Notes under the pieces: model-generated
The model's database searches: none
What the model saw: only the letters and a program-made list of their open reading frames with translations
Told to the model about the DNA's origin: nothing
Source of the DNA: Marsupella aquatica
Taxonomy: Eukaryota > Plantae > Marchantiophyta
Length of the DNA: 64,000 bases
Reading direction: 5' to 3'
Assembly (NCBI GenBank): GCA_973895155.1
Contig: OZ316898.1
Coordinates: forward strand, 12,675,659 to 12,739,658
Translations under genes and position numbers: made by a program
Shown: positions 12,336 to 25,067 of the stretch, in pieces
Position numbering within the stretch: position 1 is the stretch's first letter
How the letters are laid out: each line of letters begins with the position of its first letter

Positions 12336-12846
12336 GTCTTCTTTCAAACCTTGCAATTAACCGTATACCCATGACAACTCTGAGAGATTTAGCCTGTCAA
12401 ACTCAATTGCCGAGACCCACTTAAACACAGTATCAGGTTCAACTCTCTCCCTTCCAGAACCCATCACAAGATAAGCGAAAGCATGCAGCATATATATATA
12501 TAATGTTGATCCTAATACACGCCTTATTTGTCTTATTGAACACCCACTTTACAAACAGAAATAGAGTATGGTAACAGCCAGGAAAGCTGAACTGACAATG
12601 AGAGAAGGAACGATTAGACAAAGAGGGAAAGTCTCTCATTGATGGAGCTTGGTGAATTTCTAGCACATCTGCGAAATCAAGAAGTACCCACAAATCATTC
12701 GATTCAAAGATTATGTGTCCGTCTCCACATGCTGTATTGCAGAGTGGATGGTGTGCGGCTCAGGCATTGCCTCGCTTCCAATCCATGCACATCTTGAGGA
12801 AAGTACTTCATAACCGAGACGGACATATGTGAGCCGATCCGACGAG
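12336..12846. repeat. Duplication block Y1; paralog Y2 at about 19744-20379 is the 3' flank of the bS6 gene
   Basis: Near-identical stretches CTGAGAGATTTAGCCTGTCAAACTCAATTGC, TCTGCGAAATCAAGAAGTACCCACAAATCATTCGATTCAAAGATTA and CACATGCTGTATTGCAGAGTGGATGGTGTGCGG. Confidence 0.85.
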
Positions 12847-13550
12847 GCTGGGGGGAACTGGTAGAGAGGTTATATATATACTCAAATTTCATATAGAGGA
12901 AAACAGTTTCGCGAGTCGTCCGTAGGGTAGGAAGTCACTGGTTGCAAAACTTGTGCACTGTAACAATTGTTGGTCCGAGGTCCATGATGCCAGGAACCCG
13001 GTCGGATAACAAAAGAGTCTATAATGAGGTGACAGAAATCTTCGGGGAGATATATAACCAAGGGCAAGATCCTGTATGATGCTGTCATTGTGCTTCTCGG
13101 TCGGACAGCAACATATGACGCACATGTCTCGGTGTACGCCTTCATATTAATACTTGCTCTTGCACATTTTTGCATTCCCTTTTTTACGCAAATCCAAATT
13201 CTCTAAGATTGAATGCCGGAGAGTATAAAAAACCATTCCCAGGAAATCTAGAGTATAAAGAAGGGAAAAGGCTACACATGTCCCCACCAAACTTCTTATT
13301 TTACAGCACATAAGCACTCTCGACAGCTGATTGAGGTGGCTTTACCCGCTTCTGCTCCTTCGCGATTATACTCACATAACTAGACGTGTCTCACTGAAAA
13401 ATGTGGAGGTTTAACCTAGTCAACATCTTGCTCTCCGAATCGTATGGACCCTAGTGAAATGGGGCATGCATATCGTGTCCGATGTCAAGACGTGTGGGGT
13501 ATTTCCTCCCCCTTCTTGAATTCACGCCGTTTGTTGCTCGCTGAGCAAAC

Positions 13551-15796
13551 CTAGTTGGTCACCTCTTCAATGTAGTTGATAGGATCTGCAACATGAATGG
13601 TAAAAACACTCATAACACCAGTATGAGCCTTCTCAGCGTTGTACAATCCGTCGAAGTTAACTTGCTCCCACGCATCAAGATAGACACTTCCAGGCTTGGG
13701 GAAGCATGTGGTCATTCCGACAACATAGCCTGCTTCATCACCAGCTTCGACACCCTTGCCGTAAATTGGCACCGATTCGCAAATTACGACACCATTCTGG
13801 GGCATCAATGAGTATCTGTTAGCTCATGCACGGCCGAAACAGATAGACAAACACATTCAAAAACCTCTCGTCCTCATATCCAGCAACAGCATTCAGAATT
13901 GGTGAAATATAAGGTAGTTAATAGATAACTTTGATTTCGAAAGTAGACCTATTGAAATTCCCACGGATACGAGGCTACTGGCACTTCGAAGAATACCTTG
14001 TCATATATTATACCACCCATGCCTCCAGCATGTTGATGCAAAACTGCCTGAATGATATCCCCACCAACTGGCAGAGCTGCAATCGCGTGGCGGCGATCGA
14101 TGCAAGCGTTACCTGACTCCTTGTTGCACTCTGGCACTTCATACTCAGTCTGCTCACACATTCAAGCGAAAGAAATTATACTCGCAACCATTGTTGGACG
14201 AGGCCATATCTTTAATATATGCTCGCCTCAGCTCAAAACCAATTAACCATTTCAATAGCCAGAAGGAACTCACCTTGCAGCTTGGCGTTTCATCCAACGA
14301 AGTCCTGGGGTCAGTAGCATCAAGGAGGTAGGTTCTGACAGGGACAATCGTCGCGTCCCATTCCACCCATGTTACTACGTACTTCAGATACAACTTCCTG
14401 CTTGGGAGAGCAGCGTTCTCCTTCACAGCGCACTGGGTCTTATCGTAACAACAGCGCGCACCCCCTCTGTATCCTGGTGCTAGGGGACGTCCTCTGGAAT
14501 CCGTGGTCACTCCATAAGCCTCACATAAACATTCCAAACAGCTGGCAACATCACCGATCTCATTGTTAAACAGCATATCATCAACTACTGAAATATTCGG
14601 AATTGAGGTCAATATACGAAGAGAACTAGAATTTTCAAAACTTCAAGCCTCTGATACCATCAAATAGGGAACCCGAAGTTTCTATCTCTATGAGATTAAA
14701 CTGGACCACGCTAATACCTGGTTGCATCCACAGCTCCGCGTGTATCAATGGCGTGCACGTTGAGGTACCACGCTTCCTCGTATCCCTCTGGAATTGCTGC
14801 TGGATTCCCTGTTTCAAGAGCATAGGGAGCAGGAATGCTTGCGTCGGTGTGCCTGGTCTCAGAACCCACGCCAAAGAAGGTTGTGTCCTGACTGTCCGTG
14901 CAAGTTCCTTGCCTCGTCTCCTGCATTGATTCGTTTGCTATCAGCAGGCAAAATCAAATCCAAATCATTGTGCCCTAAAATACTGTCTATAGTATTGTGT
15001 CCATAATGCACACTTCTCTAATCATTCTGAATTCGGTCTTGTCAATTGCAGTTACTCCCAGATATTACGAGGACTCTGCATAACTATTGACAAGACAGTG
15101 CTGACCTGCTTCACATCAGCCCCTTCCTGGAACTGTATGCGATGTAAATGACCTTCGTGCATGTTGAACACAACGGTTGGATCGGTAATCTTTCTGGGGC
15201 TCGAGCTCACGAGCTCCTTGTAACCCTTTTTCACGAAAACCTTGATCACCACCCAGTGATGCAGATACACCTCATACAAAGGCACTGACATTCCGTTCTC
15301 ATCGACCACCTAAGAAAAGGCCAATCAAGGGTTAAACAAATGAGCAGCCTGAGGTGACAACTACGAAAAAGTCTCCAGGTAGTAATTTAGACAACCTTTC
15401 AAGATCCAGTCGATACTCAAGGTCAGAACCCACGAATAGCTAGTACGGTTTGAATGAGCATTTATGTGCCTTAGGAATATTGGTGACATTGAGCTGTGTC
15501 ACCAACTACTTAACTTCGATGTGCTGCTACCATACGAGTCCAATCGCAAGCCCGTCAAAAGGAAACGATATGAGGTCATCATGACAGTGTTTTCAAACCT
15601 CTGCATAATAGTTGCGCAAGCCGATGTGGCCCTCAGGCATCTCAAGCGGCTTATAACTATCCACCACATCCCCTGAGCCCAGCTCAAACGCCGGTGAATG
15701 ATAAGTTGTCGTGTGAACTACTTCTGCAACTATGACTGACACCAGCGAAAGGCAGGCCACAAGGGCTAATACCCATAGATTGCTGAAGTTCCTCAT
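13551..15796 (-). CDS. SURNod19-family secreted protein, copy 2, complete (423 aa)
   Basis: Exons 15796-15599, 15309-15106, 14920-14718, 14541-14274, 14149-13997 and 13796-13551 total 1272 nt, all GT-AG and in frame. Signal-peptide-like N-terminus. Motifs YLHHW, FGVGSETR, LNVHAIDTRG, LHQHAGG, GYVVGMTTCFP, HTGVMS. Confidence 0.92.
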
Positions 15797-16769
15797 GGCT
15801 CTCCACCTACAATGGAAACACAACACAAAACAAAACCAACAGAAGTTGTGCTCAATGAAAATAATGCCCCTGTAAATACCAGAGGATTTGCTGGCGAAAA
15901 GCGTGAAGCAATCAATTTGCGAAGGGACCAAATCGGCTTCATTTACCAACAGTGCTTTCAACCGGAGTGGGAGCATGGACTAAATACGTCCATCGACTGT
16001 ATGCATAGCAGAGTCCGACTAGCTCCACAGACGAGAAACGCGCAGAGGGAATGAATGAAATGTTACAGAGAGACCCACACAAATCTACAGATGCACAAAA
16101 ACAGAGCGGCAGAGAAAGAGCGCTAACCTCCAAGCCTTGCTTTGCACTACTCCCTTCCCTGGCACCCGATTGAGAAGCCGTCTGAACCTCTGCTCAGGTG
16201 AACGAAATCCAATCCAAATCTACACCTCAAGATGGTGTTTAACACGAGAGACCATAACTTCGACGACAAGAAGCAGGATCCCACATCCTCGATCCAAATT
16301 ATCCACGTCCGAACATAGAGCCTCCTGGCAATTCACCTCTCCATTCAGAACTCTGGTCGGACCGAATGAGCATTGTCGGGACACGTTTCGTGCTCTTCAG
16401 GCCCACCATCCGAATAGTCTGACGTCACGAATCTCCACCATTTTCCTGCGCTTACACGCTTTACACTTCTTGTCCAGAACTTTTCTCATTCTCCCTTGAA
16501 GTCACCGAACCTTCCGAATCCTCCATTTTCTTCATACAAAGTGACAATTGAAGGTGTGGCCGGCAACAATTCAAGGACTTCTTTGTTTTTCGTAGCAAAA
16601 AATCTTACATGACCCCAACAGGAAACTGGACTTGCAACTCATATTAAAATGCATACGCATATGTATATGTGCCAAACAACAAAAAACGCCATAACAAGAG
16701 GTAGGAATAAAGCAGCAAAACAAGGAAAACAACCTAGGGAGACCAAAAAGGAAAAACTAACCAACTGGC

Positions 16770-16897
16770 TTTGGTCAGTTGTCCAGAGGATGAGCCTAGA
16801 ACCGAGAGGTCCTAGGTTCAATCCTCCCTCCATAAGGGGTGTGGGGTGTGTTATCCTCTGTTGGATGGGCCTGCTTTCGGTTTTCAAGGCAAAAAAA
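16770..16897 (+). mobile_element. tRNA-derived SINE, copy 2 (short or internally deleted form)
   Basis: CCAGAGGATGAGCCTAGAACC.AGAGGTCC.AGGTTCAATCCTCCCTC head and TATCCTCTGTTGGATGGGCCTG...TTCAAGGC(A)7 tail are shared with 5002-5264. No clear TSD. Confidence 0.78.
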
Positions 16898-18757
16898 CCT
16901 ACACTAGGACGGCCAAAAAGCCAAAAAGCCCAAGTCCCCCGCAAAAGAACTAAAGGGGCAAAACAATGAAAAAAACACTAGAGAGACCAAAAAGGAAAAG
17001 AGCCCCACCCAGGAATACTTTATAGAGCTTGGGAGTAAACACAGAGGAGGGTCATGATGAGGAACTTGAGCCCAACTGAGCAAGCCCCCAGGAGGGTCAT
17101 GATTAGGAATTTGAGCCCCACTGAGCAAGCCCCACCCGGGAATACTTTATAGAGCTTAGGGTAGGAGGGTCAAAAAGAGGAATTTGACTAGAGAACCCAA
17201 AACCAATCCGCTCGCCACATGAAGGCTACCGTAGTAAATGCCTGAGCACTCTCTAGTGCAACCCACAGGATATCCAATTTTGTACTACACATGCCTTACA
17301 TTCATTACTTAATTCTGCTTCACTCAAAGTCTGATTTCAATAGAGAGAATTTATCCACCTCTCGAGCCTCCAATGTCAAGACTCTTGTAAAGATAATGAG
17401 AACAGAGTCCACCGATGGAAGCACGCAAACAGGACATTAAGCTGACGAGTGTCAGCTGTAGAACATAGGTAAACGCAGTTCACTTGATCTCTTTGCATGT
17501 GGAGTGTCACACATGATCACTTCTCAACAGAATGGTAGGTCCATGGACGTTCACTCTGCTCGATCTCAAGCTGAGCCCATATTCAGGTACACTCTACAGA
17601 AGTTTCGCACCATGTTTCTCGTCTATCATACAAAATGCACCACGTGTTGAACTATTTTACCTGCCTCATGAGTCATGAGTGTTGAAGTTCCTTTGTCAGA
17701 GTCCCGTTTTAGCGACTAACAGCCCACCTCTAGATTTGGCTACTGGACTGGGCTACTCTACTCGCCTTCTCTGGATCTGTTAGCTAGATTTGTTTAGTGT
17801 TGGCTGTGCTGCTAGATTTCTCTAAAGTTGGGGCTTTCGGAAGTTTTAATGGCTAATTGCTGCCAAAACGACGGGCTGACAAAGTCAATGCGAAGTATAA
17901 AAAGGAGTTTTTGTTTTGGTATATTTCTGCAGTTGATTCGTCGATGTAACAAATACCTTGGGTCCACCAGATTTGGTTGCTGGACTGGGCTACTGTGCTA
18001 GACTTCTCTGGATATGGTAGCTAACTAGCTACCCAATATGGCATCACTAGACTAACCTAGACCAACCCAACATGACATCTAATTGGTTGGTGTCCACCTG
18101 GAAGTTCATAGTTTGTCGAAACTAACCCCTCCAATCATAGAAATGGGGGAAATGGACACCTGGAAGTTCACAATTTGTCAAAGCCAACCCCTCCAACGAT
18201 AAAAAGTGGGGGAAATGAGGGAACAAATACAACAGTTTTTGCTTGTAGGCATTGGTCGACATCTGCGTTCCATTGAGTGTCGGATGGGCGAATGTGGCCC
18301 ACGGTTACCTCAACAAGCCCCGTTGAGCCCCTCTACCAATTGTGTGCCATATGAGGTTACTGTAGTCGACTTAACACCAACATGTACAAAATTAGTTTTG
18401 CGACAAAGTAGTAATGTTTGACAAGTTAGGGGTTTAGGATAGTAAAAAGAAGTACTTAAAAACACACTTGTTGAATTTCACTGGACTTAGGGACTAGATT
18501 GGGCTCGTACAAGTGTTTCCCTTTTTCCTTCTCACCAAGCTCTTGGTTGGTTCTTTGTGTTGTTGATATTCCTTTGTTATTGTGGGGGGCTCCTTTGGCC
18601 GGGGGGCTCCTTTGGCCTCTTGGACCTCTTTGGTCTTCTTGGGCACTTTATCCCTCCGTTCTCCCTCCTTTTACTGGGTTGCTTTGCCTTTGGGACCCTG
18701 TCACCAGTATTACCTTTTTCTCCTCTCACATCATTGCTTTCCTTTTCCTTTGGTTGT

Positions 18758-18886
18758 TTTTGGGTCCCCTTGTCTTCTTAGTGTCAGGATTGACTAAATC
18801 AGGTGTGCACAGGTAGCTAGTTGCTTTTGGGTTCCCTTGTCTTCTTAGTGTCAGGATTGACTAAATCAGGTGTGCACAGGTAGCTA
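18758..18886. repeat. Tandem duplication of about 62 bp
   Basis: CCCTTGTCTTCTTAGTGTCAGGATTGACTAAATCAGGTGTGCACAGGTAGCTA occurs twice. Confidence 0.9.
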
Positions 18887-20611
18887 AGTACACCTGCCCC
18901 TATAAAAGCCTCATTTCCGTCCTCGCTCCTCCTCAGGAACAGTGTATTCGTGTCATATTATCCAAAGCGTGGCAAACATCCTTTTACATAGCTTGGAGAG
19001 GAATCATGTATATCCAACATTTCCTTTCAGAATGTTCTGAACTATAGATTTCGTTTATGAAAGCCCCTATATACAGAGAGATGAGAAGACAAAAAGGGGT
19101 CCCACTTGAACCATGATGCTAGATGTGGTAGAAAATATTCTCAGTCTAGTGAAATCTGATTTAGATGTCACAACTCTAGTCGCTGCAGTAGAAATATGGG
19201 TTTCTCGAAATCACATCTGTCGATCTAGTCAGGAGTCCAATCCCCTTTAATTTGTTCTTACACTATCCATGAGCTCGGCCTCATGTGGAAACAGGTCCTA
19301 CACTTAACAAAGGAATGTCACTGCATCATTTGAATTTTGCAATCCTGGTTGCAAGAAATGATGAGAAGATGTTACTGGCCGTCTATGGTGACTGAGATCA
19401 ATCATTCCCGTGAGCCAAATGAATACCTCATTCACCATCTTGTTGACGATCCCTTCCATGAAACAGTTGGAAGGGATCCATGCCTTCTAGCTTGTCACTT
19501 ACTAAGCAGATGATATAAGTCCCATGAGTGAGCACAAGGTGAGGATCCCTTCAATGAAAACGTTGAAAACCAAGGTTCAACATGCCTAAAGCTTGTGTCA
19601 CTTACTACGTAGATCATAGAAGTCCCATGAATGAGCACAATGCGCAGGACGAACGGGAGTGTAATGGATCCATCCGAAGACACAATGACTTCTACAGGGT
19701 GCTTCAGTTAAAAATCCTTATTTATTAGCCTAATCAAATCCCTCTTCTTTCAAACCTTGTAATTACCCGTCTGCCCATGACAACCCTGAGAGATTTAGCC
19801 TGTCAAACTCAATTGCTGAGACCCACTTAAACACAGCATTAGGTTTAGCTCTATCCTTCAAGAACCCATCAAAACATAGGCAAAAGCACGCAGCAGAATC
19901 TTGCTAATTAGAAGTTGAACACGTCTTCTCGGATAGAGTTGTGGAAGAAGAGCAACATCCACACCATACGTACATATATCAATTTTTGGGATATCGCGGC
20001 TATTCAATACATAAATTTGGGATGTCACGGCTATCAATACAGTTGGCCGTCTTTCAAGCCCTGTAAAGCTTGTCTTTCAAGCCCTGTAAAGCTGGATACC
20101 AAGCACTGTAAAGCTTAACTGACAATGAGAGAGTGAACGCTTAGACAAAGAGGGAAAGTCCCTCATCGAGCTTGGTATCCCTCTAGGACAATCCTGAATC
20201 TGCGAAATCAAGAAGTACCCACAAATCATTCGATTCAAAGATTACATCAGTCTACACATGCTGTATTGCAGAGTGGATGGTGTGCGGACCAAGCATTGCC
20301 TCGCTTCCAATCCATATACATCTTGAGTAGCAAAAATATTTCATAACCGAGACGGGTCTATGTGAGACGATCTCACGAGTCCAGCTGCACTTAGAGAAAA
20401 GGGGAAGCACTGCGCTGGCTGAACCCAAGTTGTGTACCGGGGTTGACATCCATTTCCAATAAAACTCAGCTTGCCCAAATCTCCAAGCCACTTGAGTGAA
20501 CGCTGCCGCCAGAATGTTTTCAATCGAAGTCGAGGGGCCAGAAGAGCTTTGAAAGGTATTTTAGCTGACGCTCGAGATCTTTGTGGTGGCTCCAATCGTT
20601 CCATAATATTA

Positions 20612-21672
20612 TCAGGCTGAAGGACCTCTGAGCCAATCATCTCCTCTGCTCTTCACGAGAAGCCATCTAAGTAAGCGCTCATCCTGATTTAGTTGTTTCA
20701 GCTGCTCCCCAAAATTGGTTGACACCATCACCGTCATTTGTACCATCTGTGCCTGCAACAGAACAAAATTATAACTGTCAACTTCAGCAAGTGCATCGTT
20801 CCTATGCCGACCCTCCAACTATAATCGTCCATCTAGTAATAAGTCTTGCACCAGCCTAGATAGACTCTAGGTCAAGGTTGAATTCAAATCTTGCATCTTT
20901 TACTTATCCATTGCGTTGCTTCCTCTCGTTGAGGTTCTCAGCATACCAATCAATGAACAAATGAACAAAAGACGCGTGATTCCATCAGAAGCGACCGGGC
21001 ATTTCAACCAGGCATCAATCTAAGCCGACAACCATCGAAGTCTATGCGCAAAAGATAGCTTCTCGAAAAGATCATTCTGTCGGCAAACGGTAGATTTTAG
21101 ACAAAAATGTCCAAGCTTAAGGTCCAAGCTGCGCAGGAAGATATCAGAGCCTTCTATCAAAACGAATCAGCTCAAACTTCCAGGTATCAGATACTCCCTA
21201 AAGTATCCTAGGTTAAAATTCCATGAACGACAATTCAATTATCCGCAGGGACACTACTCAGAGCTCCTTGACATAGTCAACCACACGTAGAGTAGAAATC
21301 CAGCTCAATATTGGGAGCACTCTACGCCGATAGATTCTTTCCCCAGCATAAGAAGAGCCTGACCTACGGACCCATAACTTTGCGAGAGACTTAGGGTTCG
21401 ACTGAGACACCACAGGGTAGGCGAACGTTTCCAAATATCGTCTATCACATAATCAAGACGATGGAGCTGCGGCGATTGGAGACACTGACCTCGTTATGGC
21501 GACCGTCGCGTTTTTTAATCGGATAGGCGAGGTTCACACGGCCGAAGGACTTGACATCCGTGATCACACCTCGCGTGGTGTACACCCGCTGCCCTAAATT
21601 CGACAAGAGCTCGACGACACTGCGCTTCTCCACTCCTTTCTTCACCATCAACACCAGGTCGTACAGCGGCAT
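20612..21672 (-). CDS. Organellar (probably mitochondrial) ribosomal protein bS6 family, 107 aa
   Basis: Exons 21672-21490 and 20752-20612 are joined by a phase-0 GT-AG intron. The sequence MPLYD..., GVITDVKSFG.V.LAYPIKK, LNQDERLLRWLLVK is typical of plant mitochondrial-type S6. Confidence 0.9.
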
Positions 21673-21897
21673 AGCTGCGGCAGAGAAAGAGGAATCGACC
21701 TCGCTCTTTCGCTCATCCACCCGCACCTAGCTCCCCAACGAAAGATCAACAAGTGAGAGTGCCAACAAGCTGCTTCGCCTCACTACGACCGAATGTGCCA
21801 ATGTGGTCTTGTAAGCAGGCATTGGAGATTGAGATCAATGGATTCGTTTGCACTCTGTAGATTGGAACCTCTTTAAGTGCAAAGGACTCGTGAAGAA

Positions 21898-21976
21898 GGC
21901 CCATCGATGTGCACTTATATGTGTCTTGCAGCCCGCCATAAGTGCAATTTTGTGAAAATATGCACTTACTAGCCCA
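21898..21976. promoter_or_regulatory. Candidate site II (TGGGCY) elements upstream of the bS6 gene
   Basis: GGCCCA at 21898-21903 and AGCCCA at 21971-21976, 230-300 bp upstream of the ATG. These are short motifs and could occur by chance. Confidence 0.3.
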
Positions 21977-23034
21977 ATGGCGGTCTGTTGCAGGGTAGTT
22001 GTATTTGTAAACAGTGAAAATGGCAGTCTGGAAAAGCGCATGGGGCCCTGCCTGCAAAACATATGGGGATCACGGCCACCATTGCAACCCAGTTTTTCAC
22101 TTTCAGTTAGGCCAGGAATGTTTTTTAGCATGCCAGGTTGCAGGGCACCAGTGCGGATGCTCTAAATCATAAGAGATGTTGAGGGAAGGGTCCTCGAATG
22201 TAGAGGAGATGGCCAGGCAGTCAGACATTATGGGGAGTTGGTGAGTCTCTCTAACAACTGGATTTCAAAGAGTGTGTGAGCTGATGGGCAAGAGATGGAT
22301 TGCGGGTGGAAAGGTCCAAAGTGGCACCTTTAGGTCCATCATATCATGCGTGGTTAGGGAAAAATCTCACCATTATCCAATGGTGAAGAAGATTTCCGCC
22401 AGAATGACATTTTGTAAACAGGCCATGAGAGAAATAGAGTAACATTATATATTATAGTGTTGGATAGATAAAGCTATTATAGCACAGGAAGGGACAAACA
22501 CAAAGTCCAATGGCTGAATGTCCCTGACAATACTGCTTGGTGCTAGGTGCATGAATTTTCTACACACATCCAAGTTGTGGTCTCACATTGGGAACCCTTC
22601 ATTCTTAAACCCTCCCTGCCGCTTGTCACTACATGCACTTATCAGTAACTGCACTCCATTGTAATTCTGGGATTTTTTGCTCTTATGGATGAAAGTGCAT
22701 TGATACTTAATAGACATATAGCACTTAATAATCTGTTGTTTATTGCTCTTTGAGCATTTCTCGAAGCTGAAAAAACAGCGTCATTCTTTTTGAAAAACCA
22801 GGGAAGAAGCTCCTCTCATGCCATCACCTGGAATTAATTGCCCTTATACACAGTGCTCTTAGGCAGGGTTGAATGTATTATTTTGTTCAAGGACACATGA
22901 GACTGTAAGCGCGCTGGAGATTGCAGACCATTTTATTTGTTTGGGAGATACGAATTATTTTTTTGGCAATATGAAATAAAAAGAAACCACCATGATCTCA
23001 TGTTATCTATTACACTGAGATGGAGTGACTAAAC

Positions 23035-23379
23035 TATTAGGATTTACTCTTAGGTCTAGAGTTACGACTGTACCATTGTTAAGGCTAACCTTAGTCGCTG
23101 ACATGGTTAGGTTAGTCATGCTGCGCACACTATATAAGCAAGCAGTGTTTGTTTGGAGAGATGGAACTCAGGCTCATTCTTACGGAGCTAGTTGAGAGAT
23201 AGAGAGAGCTTGTGCTGTGGATGCTTGGTATGGCCGGTCGGCCTAGAGTGCAGTAAAGCTCTTGTGTGTTCCCGTGGACGTAGCCTCATGAGGAGGTGAA
23301 CCACGTATCTCTCTGAGTCAACTCTTGTGCGTTGGATGGTTCATGGGCTTGCCGTTACGATTGTCGTCGATGCTCAACA
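23035..23379 (+). mobile_element. Solo LTR, copy 2
   Basis: TATT (mutated TGTT)...AACA termini with 5-bp TSD TAAAC. Colinear with 8075-8415 over its whole length. Confidence 0.88.
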
Positions 23380-24824
23380 TAAACCTAATTCAATATGCTT
23401 CAATTATACTACACACGGTCATCAAGTTTGTAAGCCAGGTTTTCCAGGATTTTTAATCTTCCTTAAGCAGAAACCTAAAAATCTCTTAACCCCATAATCA
23501 TGATTGGTGCCTCTTTTGTTCTAAGCCTTACTCCAGAAATTAGAAGGCAGCACTCATGCACCAGCATGTTATGGACTCCGTGCTGCCTTCTTCTCCTCTT
23601 CTTGGAGAACTTTGATTTGATCAATTTAAGTTTGATTTGCTGAAAGAACAGGAACACAAATAAACTCCCATTGATAGTGATGAGAAGAGAAGGATAATGG
23701 CTCTCCCGTAGCTAATCATAGACAATATCAAAATTCCACCTCACTCAAAATCTAGTCAGTTCTTTTCTCCCTTCAACCAGTTCCCACCTAGCTGGCCAGA
23801 ATCTATCCCTAAGTCTGTAAAGATCTAATGTGAGAAATTAATCTTGTAAATTGAATGAGTGAAGTGTTCACCATAATTAGTGTTACTGTATTGCTAATTT
23901 TGGTGCTGAAGATCTGGCATAGATGACGCTAATTCTAGAAGGTTTCAAAAATAGTTTTTCTCCACCTTTGTTTGAAGTGTTAGTGAAACTGGCTCATCTT
24001 GAGTGCAATTAACACTAAGTCTTGTCAATTTGTCAAAATAGTGGCTCAAAGTTACACTATTTCATTTACACAGAAATAATTGTATGTTAGACTAGAGCCC
24101 TAAATTCTTTGTTCTTGAACTAGTGTGAAAAACACTACTTAGTATCAACAGCGTAATATTCCAACTTCCTGCACATGCACAAAGTGACATCGTACTCACG
24201 CACAAAGGAACATTCGCCACTTGCAAAGAAAAAAAGACCTTAGAGCCAACTTGCATGTTGGTAGCCCTCCCCATGTTGGCCCTTTGCATTACCTATATTG
24301 TAGGGAAAAAGCAGACCCATATTTTGCTCTCATCCTACATGACTGTGAGCTGTGGGAGCCCATTCATGTCCCTATTTTGTCATTTATCACTGCAAATTGT
24401 CCATGGGCATGCAGAGAATTGTCGTGGCAAAACATGGAGCAGTAATCCACGCTAAACTTTTTCTTCTTGTAACGAGGCAGAGTTCCCGATCTCGAGTGTT
24501 TGAAAGTTTTCTGCCTTTGCCTCGGGATGGGATCCCTTTAGACTTGTTTGAAAAGGGGCTCAAGGCATGAAAGTCCCACTTAATCAAATTATGACATCAC
24601 TCAAAGTTATCTATTAAGGCTATCCATATGCAACTTGACCCTGCGCACATGGCAAGATGCATCCTGGAAATTGCACACCAAGAATCGACATCAGTCCAGA
24701 TATGTATTTAGTCTTCTCTACTCTTTAGTGGTTTCTTAATTTTTGTGATTGTTCCTGGACTCCTTGGCTTGCTAGACCTCTGTGGTCTTCTTGGGGCTCT
24801 TTCCCACCTCCACTTCCTTCCCCT

Positions 24825-25067
24825 CCCCCCCCCCCCCAAACCCTTTATTGGGTTGCTTTGCCATTGGACCCCTCCCAGTTTGACATTTTTGCCCTTTGCC
24901 ACTTATTGTTACGTTTTGATCATCAATTATCTTCCTACTTCCACTATCTCGGCCCGCCGCCCTCCCCCCCCCCAACCCTTTATTGGGTTGCTTTGCCATT
25001 GGACCCCTCCCAGTTTGACATCTCTGCCCTTTGCCACTTACTGTTACATTTTGATCTTCAATGATCA
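24825..25067. repeat. Tandem duplication of about 100 bp within a pyrimidine-rich repeat
   Basis: poly-C-AACCCTTTATTGGGTTGCTTTGCCATTGGACCCCTCCCAGTTTGACAT...GCCCTTTGCCACTTA occurs twice. A related word TGGGTTGCTTTGCC occurs at about 18676. Confidence 0.85.

Noticed and set aside
19000-19700. Possible decayed gene on the - strand
   Set aside because: Many stops and no recognisable motif; cannot be supported without a search.
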